A DNA stretch of 64,000 nt from a virus (IMGVR_UViG_3300028805_000055:64001-128000), one strand, 5' to 3'. Positions 36,695 to 45,512 are shown, numbered from the stretch's first letter. A program made the numbers and translations. The notes: generated from the letters alone by a model not told the origin.

Positions 36695-37057
36695 CTATAC
36701 TAATCCATGTGCTACAGCATTTAGAGTGGAAATGTTACGATTGACATTATCCATCTTTGCTGACAGTTGCCCAACTTTTGTCTCCAGCATTTCCTTGAGT
36801 ACCATGTTATCCTTTAAGAGTTTCTGGTTCTCTTGGAATAGCTGTATGTTATCCCTCAGCAGGGTGTCTGGTGAGAGGTTTGCAACGGGGTTTCTCTGGT
36901 TCACAGACTGGGCTTGCTCAACGCTTGTAACAACGTCAAGTTCCTGCTTAAGAACGTATCCTATTTCCAGTGCCATCTGTCTGACATTGGGAGAACCTGT
37001 GGCATTGATTTGTGCAAGCAGGTCAATGCACCTGTTTAAACTTCTTGATGAAATCAT
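36695..37057 (-). CDS. coiled-coil hypothetical protein
   Basis: 120-aa ORF. Confidence 0.65.
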   Translation of the reverse strand: MISSRSLNRCIDLLAQINATGSPNVRQMALEIGYVLKQELDVVTSVEQAQSVNQRNPVANLSPDTLLRDNIQLFQENQKLLKDNMVLKEMLETKVGQLSAKMDNVNRNISTLNAVAHGLV

Positions 37058-37065
37058 AGTTCAAG

Positions 37066-37248
37066 TTATTTATATATTCCTGCATCAATCAGATGCCTCA
37101 TTTCACTTTCAAAATACATCATCTGAGTGGTGGTGACAGAGTTTATCCACTCGTCACGATATTGCTGGTATTGTGTCCTGTTATTGACACGAAACCTCCA
37201 CTCCAGATAACGCCTTAATGATTCATTCATAGTTAATCGTAGTAACAA
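37066..37248 (-). CDS. hypothetical protein
   Basis: 60-aa ORF; true start probably MNESL. Confidence 0.6.
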   Translation of the reverse strand: MLLRLTMNESLRRYLEWRFRVNNRTQYQQYRDEWINSVTTTQMMYFESEMRHLIDAGIYK

Positions 37249-37805
37249 CCGTATTCATCATCGTACCCATCCCAGCCGTATCTACCATAGCCTTCGTAGC
37301 CACCACTATTCTGGTATGAATACTTCTTTCTATTTGTCTCTATGCAGAACATCCTAAGAAGCTTCTTAAACTTCTCGGTGATGGGTCTGATAATCTCACC
37401 ATGATATTCCACCTTTGGAGTTACAACCTTTCTGACAATCTCGCCAGTGGCAATATTGATGATAGCCATAAGCTCTTCGTTCCAAGCATAACCATACTCT
37501 TCGAGTGTTCTTAAAGCCCTTGCTTTCTCCACGTCTGTACAGAGTCTTACCCAGTATGTCTCCTTATCATCGTCAAGGGTCTTCTCACACCTAGTGTCCT
37601 TGGTAGCCACTTCGAGGAATGGGGAATTACGGTATGTACCATCATCATGCTGACGATATTTACTTGGGTCGTAGTTTGCAATAACTGACAACTTCTTGTA
37701 GGAGGTTGTTGAATTATCAATACCCTCGAAGATGACGAATGAACCTGGCTTATTGTTGTAGGTTACGAAGTCACCTTGTTTGAAAGTTCTCTTCTCTTCT
37801 TCCAT
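37233..37805 (-). CDS. hypothetical protein
   Basis: FKQGD...EK...L-x-x-YGY-x-WN domain; Gly/Tyr/Asp tail. Confidence 0.75.
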   Translation of the reverse strand: MEEEKRTFKQGDFVTYNNKPGSFVIFEGIDNSTTSYKKLSVIANYDPSKYRQHDDGTYRNSPFLEVATKDTRCEKTLDDDKETYWVRLCTDVEKARALRTLEEYGYAWNEELMAIINIATGEIVRKVVTPKVEYHGEIIRPITEKFKKLLRMFCIETNRKKYSYQNSGGYEGYGRYGWDGYDDEYGCYYD

Positions 37806-38426
37806 TTATCTGTAAAGATTATATTCGTTTATAATTTTTAATGTTTCCATCGTCACGTAAGGATATGGATTCATACCATTCTTAATCATGCTTCTAACAA
37901 GCGTAGATGATATGTCCACCCTCTGGGTCTTGATAGTCCAGAACTCCTTGTTGGTGAGACTGCTTCTGCTACCCTCCCTCACAATGAAAGGGATATGTGG
38001 GTTCTCGAATTCAGTGCCATCACCCCTCTTAATCTCGATGAACGACACCTTATTCATTATCTCACTCTCGAACTTCTTCCATTGTGGAATGCGTTCTATA
38101 GTATCAGTACCAGCAATGATATATATTTCATCCTCTGGGTACGTCTCCAGTGCTTTACCTATTGGGAGATATGAGTATACTGGAGGCTCAAATTCTTCCT
38201 CGAACCTGCATACCTCATACTTTCCCTTAATTAGGTCTATGGAGTCATTAATCATTCTGCACCTTAAATCATATGGTGCTGGTTCTTCTCCCTTCCAAGG
38301 GTTATGTCTTGCAACAACGAACAACACCTTGTCACACAGCCCACTGTTCAACACGGCTGATGCCATGTGGAGGTGAGCAACCGTAACTGGGTTAAACGAG
38401 CCAAGAAGCAATCCTATCTTCTTCAT
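37806..38426 (-). CDS. nadD: nicotinate/nicotinamide mononucleotide adenylyltransferase
   Basis: GSFNPVTVAH (HxGH-like), NPWK, IAGTD, ISSTLVR. Confidence 0.85.
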   Translation of the reverse strand: MKKIGLLLGSFNPVTVAHLHMASAVLNSGLCDKVLFVVARHNPWKGEEPAPYDLRCRMINDSIDLIKGKYEVCRFEEEFEPPVYSYLPIGKALETYPEDEIYIIAGTDTIERIPQWKKFESEIMNKVSFIEIKRGDGTEFENPHIPFIVREGSRSSLTNKEFWTIKTQRVDISSTLVRSMIKNGMNPYPYVTMETLKIINEYNLYR

Positions 38427-38718
38427 TTCCGTTGTAGATTAAAGCAAAATAGAGATAGTGTCCTAGGTCTAGTGAGAGAAAAAACACAATGGTAATCGGC
38501 CATACCATGCCGAAAAACGTTCCTATCTCCCTACTATACAATTTTATCAGTCTCGTATTCATGTCCAGGGTAATATCGTCCAACTCGTCAGATGTGGAAG
38601 TTGGTGGTGAGTATTGTTCAAGCTCACTGTTAGCTTTCATACCTATTAAGATTCCTACTGCAATATACAGGAGGAAGAACACGAAACACATGCCAGTGTT
38701 GTAAAATTCTGCATTCAT
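38392..38718 (-). CDS. membrane protein
   Basis: two hydrophobic helices. Confidence 0.65.
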   Translation of the reverse strand: MNAEFYNTGMCFVFFLLYIAVGILIGMKANSELEQYSPPTSTSDELDDITLDMNTRLIKLYSREIGTFFGMVWPITIVFFLSLDLGHYLYFALIYNGNEEDRIASWLV

Positions 38719-38732
38719 TGATATTAATTTTC

Positions 38733-38766
38733 TGCAAAGATATAAAAAATATTCGAGAAAACCAAA
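38733..38766 (-). promoter_or_regulatory. Bacteroidota sigma promoter
   Basis: TTTGG...TATCTTTGCA; heads the nadD-PARG-M42-YqeY gene run. Confidence 0.8.
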
Positions 38767-38780
38767 CTTTTTAATGTTTT

Positions 38781-39134
38781 TTAAACGAAATCGTTGTCAT
38801 CATCCATGATAACTGAATGAATCTTGCTGTCCACGACTCTATCCAAGCTACCCTTAAGCGACTCCTCCAGATATGACCCAATGACAGCTTCCACGTCAAC
38901 GGTGTTACGGTAAGGACCTATCCAGATTCCCTTACCCCATTCCTTATGTCTGACGTAGTATCTGCCATTCTTAGCAATTTTGAACATAAACTCCGACCTG
39001 CTCAATGGTCTCCTGTACCAGGGTATTTGAGCAGGAGCAGCACCAACCTTGGGAGTCTTTATCTCAAGGCTGGTGGGCTTCCTTCTGTTCTTTATGAACT
39101 GAATAAGCGGAGCTTTATCCTCTATCTCACTCAT
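38781..39134 (-). CDS. hypothetical protein
   Basis: 117-aa ORF. Confidence 0.7.
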   Translation of the reverse strand: MSEIEDKAPLIQFIKNRRKPTSLEIKTPKVGAAPAQIPWYRRPLSRSEFMFKIAKNGRYYVRHKEWGKGIWIGPYRNTVDVEAVIGSYLEESLKGSLDRVVDSKIHSVIMDDDNDFV

Positions 39135-39136
39135 GA

Positions 39137-39490
39137 TTAGTTCTCGTTAGATTCCAGAGTCTTGGCGAGTTTGTCGGCAAACTCTTCAAGGATAACTGGG
39201 TAGTAAGTGTTGTACCAATACTTGATGGTAGGAAGGGTGTAGTCCTTCTGCATCTGACGGAAGATGGACTTAGCCTCCATAATCATAATCTTCTGGATGT
39301 AGGTCTCTGGAATCTTACCATCACACCACTCCACTGCAAGCTTGTTAAACCTGCTAACATAGCCAAGATACTCGGCAAAGATAATGAAAATAGGAGCTTC
39401 AATGACATTTTCCTTGTCACTTTCCTCAGCAAGTTCAGCGAAGTTGCCTTTCCACTGCTGGGTCTCTTTTACAGTCTCAGTATTCTCCAT
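39137..39490 (-). CDS. hypothetical protein
   Basis: 117-aa ORF. Confidence 0.75.
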   Translation of the reverse strand: MENTETVKETQQWKGNFAELAEESDKENVIEAPIFIIFAEYLGYVSRFNKLAVEWCDGKIPETYIQKIMIMEAKSIFRQMQKDYTLPTIKYWYNTYYPVILEEFADKLAKTLESNEN

Positions 39491-39650
39491 TTGAATTCAA
39501 TATTTAAAAAGTTAATAATCTTAGAAATACAACTCTGGAATAACCTCACAGTCGTAAGCAGCCATTTTCTCAACCTCTTCATCAGAGAGTTCTGCTGCCT
39601 TTAACAGTTCCTCTTCTTCCAAATCTACTATTGTAGATGCAGTAAAAAAA

Positions 39651-40037
39651 TCATTTTTCATTCTTGTTTATTTTATCAATTGTTACTTTAAAATTCTTTC
39701 TGCACCTCTTCACTATTTTCTTGTACTCTGGGTCTGGTGTAGTAATCCTGATGACGTGGGTAGTACGAGTATTGGAATGGTATTGCCTCTGACCACTATC
39801 GTAATACTCATAGTTGTAATATCCCTCATCCTCTGGGAAGAACCATGAATGGCTGTTAGGATTGATGTTATTCCTTCTCATATATTCCTTGTCGTCTTCG
39901 TCAAAGAACGAGAAGATAGCCCATACAAACATGGCTATTGGGAATAGCACATATTTGTAGTCATCCAATGTCATCATGGTAATGAATCCCATGATTGACA
40001 TGAATATCATCATAGCCCTAAAAAACAGATACGTCAT
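39651..40037 (-). CDS. membrane protein
   Basis: two N-terminal TM helices. Confidence 0.7.
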   Translation of the reverse strand: MTYLFFRAMMIFMSIMGFITMMTLDDYKYVLFPIAMFVWAIFSFFDEDDKEYMRRNNINPNSHSWFFPEDEGYYNYEYYDSGQRQYHSNTRTTHVIRITTPDPEYKKIVKRCRKNFKVTIDKINKNEK

Positions 40038-40055
40038 CTTTTATATCCAAAGTAA

Positions 40056-40313
40056 TTAGAATTTCTTCTTCTTAATCAAAAACCTTGCGAATACACTTGT
40101 CCTGTGCATCTTACCCTCGGTTTCGTCGCCACCGTCAACACGCTTATAGATACCCTCGTTCTCTCCCTTTGACAGGAAGACAATCTCTCTTCTCTCCAAT
40201 GAGATAATTGGTGGGATGTGATAAACTGTGTTCACCTCAACCTGGTCCCAAGGCGTAATGCTCTTAATCTTCTGGAGCTGTTCCTTAAGCTCCTGTACTG
40301 AACGTTTTGCCAT
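40056..40313 (-). CDS. hypothetical protein, paralogue of the C-terminal domain of the next ORF
   Basis: W...Y-x-IP-x-II...ARF-x-x-x-x-x-KF. Confidence 0.75.
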   Translation of the reverse strand: MAKRSVQELKEQLQKIKSITPWDQVEVNTVYHIPPIISLERREIVFLSKGENEGIYKRVDGGDETEGKMHRTSVFARFLIKKKKF

Positions 40314-40322
40314 ATTGTCTAA

Positions 40323-40976
40323 TTAAAATTTATGATATTCTACAATGAATCTAGCGTCTAAATCTTGACGGTATACGTTATGATAGTAAGATGTCTCCTT
40401 AAGGTCTTTGTCCAAGGTAACACATCTGAGAGTGTATTCGGTCTTTGCTACAGCCAGTACCACCTTTCCATTCTGTCGGATAATGGTTGGAATGACATAA
40501 ATCTTTCCTTCCTGTATATCTTCCCACTGTACATGGATTGGGAGAGCTTCGTATTTCTTACGCTTCTCCTGGTAAATCTCGTAAGCAGTCTTCTCTTCTG
40601 ACTGGTGGGTTATATTACTCACGTGAGTAACGACATTTGGTACACGAGACGTAGGACTATCCAAGAGCTTAGGACACCAATCTGGGACAGGAATATCCAC
40701 AGGGTCTTCCAGTCTAAATGATATAGTCCTGGGTCTTGTAGTACCTTCACTCTGTATAAGATGCTTACCACAGCAGGCGTTATACTTTTTATCACCATGG
40801 TCCTTGTAATTCTTTATAAGATAACCACAGTAATTACAATTGCCATCCACCGTCACTGGTGTTTCATCTTTCTTAGGGGGTTCATACACAGGAATTGGTT
40901 CATCGAACTTGCACACTGTGCATTCTCGACAATCCCTTCCATCGCATGGATGATTCAATACATGTGCCATTGCCAT
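40323..40976 (-). CDS. Cys-rich metal-binding protein
   Basis: CDGRDCRECTVC, CNYC, CC, WCP. Confidence 0.75.
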   Translation of the reverse strand: MAMAHVLNHPCDGRDCRECTVCKFDEPIPVYEPPKKDETPVTVDGNCNYCGYLIKNYKDHGDKKYNACCGKHLIQSEGTTRPRTISFRLEDPVDIPVPDWCPKLLDSPTSRVPNVVTHVSNITHQSEEKTAYEIYQEKRKKYEALPIHVQWEDIQEGKIYVIPTIIRQNGKVVLAVAKTEYTLRCVTLDKDLKETSYYHNVYRQDLDARFIVEYHKF

Positions 40977-40988
40977 ATACTATTACAA

Positions 40989-41720
40989 TTAGAATCCAGG
41001 GGCTTCATCAACAGCCTCTTCATCAGCCCACTCTTCGTCTCTGTCCTCGTCGTAGTCTTCGTCGTAGTAAGCGTCCTCATCATCGTAGTACTCGTCCTCC
41101 ATGTCTTCCATGAATCCGTCACCGTACATACCATGATTCTCTTCCATCATACGATTAATCTGCTCTGCCATGTTTGGAGGAAGCTCTGGCAGCTTACCAG
41201 CCTTGATAAGCTCGTGAATCTGCTTCATCTTCTCCATTTCCTCTGGTCTTGGCTGAGTCATGTCAACGAAGCCTACACCGAAGATTTCCTCACAAGTGCT
41301 GTTGAATATCTCACCACCAATCTCAGACAGGAAAGCGAAATCGTTGTTGTATCGCTCCACAAACACATGAATGAGCATATTGGTGCAATTGGCAATGTGA
41401 CGCTGAAGCATACCGTCCTGGTTGTTTTGGAAGTCAGAGCCGCACTTACCACCAAAGGTCTTCACCATAATACGCAGGAAGCTACCGATGTTCTCAGCCT
41501 TAACAAAAGCATTCTCCTTGGAACGATTCTGGATGACAGGTTGAAAACAATGCATCTTCTTGTACATGGTAGATACACAGTTGTTGGTCTCGATACCAAC
41601 GGTACTCCTAAACTTCGAATACATACCATGTCTCTTAATGGCAGCAATGAAGTTCTTCAAGACTAGGAACTCAACGTAGTAGTTCTTGTCTGGACAATTT
41701 TCAATATTCAAATCTTTCAT
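40989..41720 (-). CDS. hypothetical protein with acidic tail
   Basis: 243-aa ORF below a promoter. Confidence 0.8.
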   Translation of the reverse strand: MKDLNIENCPDKNYYVEFLVLKNFIAAIKRHGMYSKFRSTVGIETNNCVSTMYKKMHCFQPVIQNRSKENAFVKAENIGSFLRIMVKTFGGKCGSDFQNNQDGMLQRHIANCTNMLIHVFVERYNNDFAFLSEIGGEIFNSTCEEIFGVGFVDMTQPRPEEMEKMKQIHELIKAGKLPELPPNMAEQINRMMEENHGMYGDGFMEDMEDEYYDDEDAYYDEDYDEDRDEEWADEEAVDEAPGF

Positions 41721-41740
41721 TTGCTATTTTATAAAGTTGG

Positions 41741-41774
41741 TGCAAAGATATTGATTTTTTTGGGGAAAACAAAA
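41741..41774 (-). promoter_or_regulatory. Bacteroidota sigma promoter
   Basis: TTTTG...TATCTTTGCA. Confidence 0.75.
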
Positions 41775-41793
41775 TTTCTGCACTTAAAAAAAG

Positions 41794-41976
41794 TTAATTG
41801 TCTCCTTGAATGTGTAAATTATGACAGTTAGGACAATAGAATCCCTGTTTCCAACCTGTTTCCTGGCTGGTAATACCGAATGCCCTCCAAGGAAGGAACT
41901 CGTGTCCGCAGTGGCTGCATACTACCAAGAACTTCCTGTGAGCAGCCTTCTCCATGTCCATTTCAGCTTCTGTCAT
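41794..41976 (-). CDS. zinc-ribbon protein
   Basis: CSHC...CPNC. Confidence 0.7.
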   Translation of the reverse strand: MTEAEMDMEKAAHRKFLVVCSHCGHEFLPWRAFGITSQETGWKQGFYCPNCHNLHIQGDN

Positions 41977-41978
41977 TC

Positions 41979-42653
41979 TTATAACTCTATGTCAATATAG
42001 CATGGTGGGTACACCAGCTTATAGTTCTCATTCACTACCGATACATTCCTAATCTCGGTCTCTCCACGCTTTTCCATTTCGTGGTTGCACGAATGAAGGT
42101 GTCCACAGAAGTGATACCTCGGCATCTTATTATCCACAGCGTCACCAAGGGGGTGACAACCTATGTGGTCTCCTGTCTTCCAAGGACAATCCTCTTGCAG
42201 CAGCACATCATTGTTACCATAAGGACAATCATGTGTAAGCAGGATGTCAACCTTATATGGAATCTTATTGTATATCTTGGCAAGCTGAACGTCGGATGTC
42301 ATAAATGCCCAGTTGTAGAACTGGTGACACCAGGGAGTGCCATAGATTCTGAAGCCCTCATACTCAGCCTCTTTATCACAGAGATATGTAATTTTGGTGT
42401 TCTCAAACATTGCTTCCCAGTCGTCTGGATGCTCCATAGCAATCCAATCATGGTTTCCAGCAATGAGGAAAACCTGCTTACAAGGCTGTTTCTCACACCA
42501 GGGTACAAACTCCTTGGCAAGCCACTTCAAAGTCCCCTGGTGATATGTCTGTACCCTCAGCGGGACAATATCGCCACATATGCACAGAATGTCGCACGGC
42601 TCTATGTCAAAATTAAGGATACCGTGCATATCCGATATAGCACAAACTTTCAT
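41979..42653 (-). CDS. calcineurin-like metallophosphoesterase
   Basis: SDMHG, CGD, AGNHD, LTH, CGHLH all intact. Confidence 0.9.
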   Translation of the reverse strand: MKVCAISDMHGILNFDIEPCDILCICGDIVPLRVQTYHQGTLKWLAKEFVPWCEKQPCKQVFLIAGNHDWIAMEHPDDWEAMFENTKITYLCDKEAEYEGFRIYGTPWCHQFYNWAFMTSDVQLAKIYNKIPYKVDILLTHDCPYGNNDVLLQEDCPWKTGDHIGCHPLGDAVDNKMPRYHFCGHLHSCNHEMEKRGETEIRNVSVVNENYKLVYPPCYIDIEL

Positions 42654-42654
42654 A

Positions 42655-43029
42655 TTATTTTAATCTTATTGAATCACAATGATATTTGTCAGATAGATAC
42701 TTGTTCCACCCAGTTTCAAGATATTTTCTCCAGTAGTCAGAACCCTTCTTACTTTCAGACCAGTCGAATGAGCCACTGAATGAAATAAAGAGCTGTCTTA
42801 AAGACCTGTTATACGCATATGCTACGTAAGAATATCCCTTTATATTGGCTACAATTATGGCTTTGGCATTATCTCTTCCGAAAGGCTCTGAAACACCAGG
42901 AAGATTACCCCTCACCTTGTGATAATCATAGCTGGCTATGACAAACTCACCTAGAATGCGATTTCTCTTGAGGAAATCACATACCAGATGCGTGGCATCT
43001 TCATTACTTACTGTTACCTTATCTACCAT
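42655..43029 (-). CDS. hypothetical protein
   Basis: FDWS-x-S-x-x-G-x-DYW motif. Confidence 0.7.
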   Translation of the reverse strand: MVDKVTVSNEDATHLVCDFLKRNRILGEFVIASYDYHKVRGNLPGVSEPFGRDNAKAIIVANIKGYSYVAYAYNRSLRQLFISFSGSFDWSESKKGSDYWRKYLETGWNKYLSDKYHCDSIRLK

Positions 43030-43042
43030 TTCTGCAATTTTT

Positions 43043-43077
43043 TGGCAAAGATATAAAAAAAATTCGAGAATTCCAAA
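43043..43077 (-). promoter_or_regulatory. Bacteroidota sigma promoter fused to a terminator hairpin
   Basis: perfect inverted repeat AAAATTCGAGAAT/ATTCTCGAATTTT with the -33 box in the loop. Confidence 0.85.
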
Positions 43078-43218
43078 TATATTCTCGAATTTTAATATTT
43101 TTTAAATTAAAACGTCATCGTCTCCTTTACATTTTGTCCATGCCCAGGCAAACAGGCAGGAAAAGGCAAATACTATTACCAACTGAATTAATTTCTCCTC
43201 CATAACACTATCTATTTG

Positions 43219-43301
43219 AGACACGGGTGAGATTCGAACTCACGTACCTTTCGGTCAAAGCTTTTGCAGAGCCAGGCGATTGACCACTCCGCCACCGTGT
43301 C
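43219..43301 (-). tRNA. tRNA-Cys(GCA) with a long variable arm
   Basis: acceptor GACACGG/CCGTGTC, U73, loop CT GCA AA, variable arm ACC-GAAA-GGT, T-arm GTGAG-TTCGAAT-CTCAC. Confidence 0.85.
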
Positions 43302-43305
43302 TTGT

Positions 43306-43375
43306 AAGTCCCGACACGTATTTCACAATAGACATCGGGACAATTAAAAGTAATAAAGATGAAAATTAAAAATGT
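43306..43375 (-). ncRNA. U-rich CAU tract plus hairpin with GTGA loop (sRNA candidate)
   Basis: TTTTCATCTTTATTACTTTTAATT then GTCCCGATG...TTGTGAAA...TGTCGGGAC. Confidence 0.45.
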
Positions 43376-43957
43376 TTACTCGCCAGCTTTTGCGAAGCGT
43401 CCGTTGGCTGCTCTTTTAGGCTTTGGTTTCGCAGCCGTAGCTGGTCTCCTCGGACTAAGACGCTTTTTCGCAGGCTTGGGGGCAGCGTCAGCCTCCTTCT
43501 CCTTTACTTCGCCTGGAGCGATGACCTTGGGGATACCAATCGTAGCTGTCTTAGCAACAGTGTTGATGGTTTTCGTCACCTTGGTCACATCACAGTTTGC
43601 TGGAATAATAACAGTTGTCTCGTTGCTACGAGAACTCGTCTCGTCATTATAAGTTACGACAACCTTCAGTTTGTTACCATCGATGGTGTAATCAAGCTTT
43701 TCACCTATTGACTCGTCGAATGGTACTGTAACGGAGAAATCATTGAAGCTATCCTTAACTTGCTTCAGAAGCTCTCCGAAGTCCTTCAGAAGTGAGTTAC
43801 CTCTCTCAATGATGGAGTCTCTTTTCTCTGCAAAGAAATCGAGCTGGGCATCCCAGTCGAAATTGTCGATAGACTCACCTATGCCGTTCACCAGGTCTCT
43901 GGCTTTCTTGGCACTAGAGTCAATCACACTAAGTAATGTGTCTCTAAAACCTCTCAT
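43376..43957 (-). CDS. small heat-shock (Hsp20/alpha-crystallin-like) protein with a basic tail
   Basis: beta-sandwich pattern ending IP-x-x-x-D...TIGIPK; Lys/Ala/Pro-rich C-terminus. Confidence 0.65.
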   Translation of the reverse strand: MRGFRDTLLSVIDSSAKKARDLVNGIGESIDNFDWDAQLDFFAEKRDSIIERGNSLLKDFGELLKQVKDSFNDFSVTVPFDESIGEKLDYTIDGNKLKVVVTYNDETSSRSNETTVIIPANCDVTKVTKTINTVAKTATIGIPKVIAPGEVKEKEADAAPKPAKKRLSPRRPATAAKPKPKRAANGRFAKAGE

Positions 43958-43969
43958 ATCTTTTATATT

Positions 43970-44074
43970 TTAACCAATTAAAAACTTCACAACAACAAGC
44001 AGGACGATGGCAACTCCTAAGAAGCATGCCATAGCAATCTTGCCCAATGTTATCATATCAATTACATTTTTCAT
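43970..44074 (-). CDS. small membrane peptide (probably leaderless)
   Basis: TATCTTTGCAGC-ATG; MKNVIDMITLGKIAMACFLG... Confidence 0.55.
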   Translation of the reverse strand: MKNVIDMITLGKIAMACFLGVAIVLLVVVKFLIG

Positions 44075-44076
44075 GC

Positions 44077-44110
44077 TGCAAAGATATATATTTTTTTTCG
44101 TAATTCCAAA
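44077..44110 (-). promoter_or_regulatory. Bacteroidota sigma promoter
   Basis: TTTGG...TATCTTTGCA. Confidence 0.8.
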
Positions 44111-44114
44111 TATT

Positions 44115-44657
44115 TTAGGAATTTTTTTTCTTATCGTATACAAAATGCTTGCTTCTCTCCACAGTAGTATGAGTTGTAACCTCAATTTGTCCACCAGAAA
44201 GCTTAGTCACCTTGTCTGCTATGTTATGGAACTCCTTACCATGACCCCTTGCTGGCTTAGTGCCATTCATGTATGTGTAATAGTGACACATTTCATGAAC
44301 AAGAGTCACCATGAAAGCCCACTCACTACCACGCTTATTACCATTCAACTCAATTCTTGGCTGGGCTAGAAGATAAAAATTATCGTGGTTGATGTGGGTA
44401 ATAATTGTTGCAAGACCAAGCGGCGTATGCTTGATGAGACCGCCACCGTTTGTAACATTAACCCCACCAGTTAGTCTGAACCACCCATTAGTTGCTCCTC
44501 TGCTTCCTCTTCCAGTTGTGAATACTTTAAAGTCACACTTTCCAAGAGCACCGCCAAACAGCTTCTCGTTGGCTTCATCATATCTCCTGGACATCCACTC
44601 TACCGTAGGTCTGAAATCCCTGGTATTGTAATCCAATTCAAAACTAACTGTCTTCAT
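44115..44657 (-). CDS. SprT-like zinc metalloprotease
   Basis: N-x-x-LF-x-G-x-L, TLVHEMCH, GHGKEF. Confidence 0.85.
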   Translation of the reverse strand: MKTVSFELDYNTRDFRPTVEWMSRRYDEANEKLFGGALGKCDFKVFTTGRGSRGATNGWFRLTGGVNVTNGGGLIKHTPLGLATIITHINHDNFYLLAQPRIELNGNKRGSEWAFMVTLVHEMCHYYTYMNGTKPARGHGKEFHNIADKVTKLSGGQIEVTTHTTVERSKHFVYDKKKNS

Positions 44658-44680
44658 TTCTTTATCTTTTAAAATTATGC

Positions 44681-44714
44681 TGCAAAGGTAGATAAAAAAT
44701 CCGAAATAGCAAAA
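44681..44714 (-). promoter_or_regulatory. Bacteroidota sigma promoter
   Basis: TTTTG...TACCTTTGCA. Confidence 0.7.
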
Positions 44715-44751
44715 TTTTCGAAAAGAAATTTATATATTTTAACTCATCCAA

Positions 44752-45165
44752 CTATGGTATTTCTCTATTTGTGGTGTCAATTACCATCACATTTTGGAGT
44801 CTGTCAACCATACCAACCAATCTCAAAAATCTATCCCTATATTTCTTGAGGTCATCCATATTGTGATATTCCTCCTCAATAGAGTCACCACGCTCAAGTA
44901 TCCTTTTCTGGCATACTTCTGGCTCAGCATCGACAATCACAAACAAAGTATTTCCATCAGTACCTTCCTCATAGAAGTAGTAAGGACCACAGTAGTACGA
45001 ATCACGTCCGATTTTCCTCAGTTTTTCTTCGTTATCTGGGGTATGTATCAGCTTGTTCACATCGCCACCAAGGATTCCAACCCTGTAATCGTTTGCGATT
45101 TTGTCTACAGAGTAATCCTTATACTGGAACTCAAAGTTTCCTCCACAATAGATTATCTTCTTCAT
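44752..45165 (-). CDS. probable deletion chimera (unknown N-terminus plus NMP-kinase C-terminal fragment)
   Basis: C-terminal LFVIVDAEPEVCQKRILERG...VIDTT resembles a kinase lid region, but there is no P-loop. Confidence 0.5.
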   Translation of the reverse strand: MKKIIYCGGNFEFQYKDYSVDKIANDYRVGILGGDVNKLIHTPDNEEKLRKIGRDSYYCGPYYFYEEGTDGNTLFVIVDAEPEVCQKRILERGDSIEEEYHNMDDLKKYRDRFLRLVGMVDRLQNVMVIDTTNREIP

Positions 45166-45512
45166 TACTCACAGCCTTCTACAAAATTGAACTGTTCCTT
45201 CTCACCGTCCCATTCGATAATGTCCTTCGTATATTGCTTCCAGTGTTCAACGTTGTTGATACTAGTGAACATACCACGAAGGTTAATCTCATAGCAAGCG
45301 TCATCACCCCACTCAGACTCAGCGTTTTCCCTAAGTTTCTCATTTGTCAGCCCTGGAGGTATTGGGAAAATACTCTTCTCGTTGAGTATATCTATCAATT
45401 TGTCAGTCTCAGTGCTGTTAAGTGGATGAACAACGAATCTCACACCATTGTCTATTGATGCGTCGATTATCCTTAATAATTCACTTCTAAATGTTTTCAT
45501 ACTTATATTCAA
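45165..45512 (-). CDS. hypothetical protein
   Basis: 115-aa ORF. Confidence 0.7.
   Translation of the reverse strand: MNISMKTFRSELLRIIDASIDNGVRFVVHPLNSTETDKLIDILNEKSIFPIPPGLTNEKLRENAESEWGDDACYEINLRGMFTSINNVEHWKQYTKDIIEWDGEKEQFNFVEGCE

Noticed and set aside
40761-41666. Long plus-strand ORFs (301 aa here; also 42081..42779, 61976..62668 and many shorter ones)
   Set aside because: Antisense shadows of well-supported minus-strand genes, with atypical composition and no promoter
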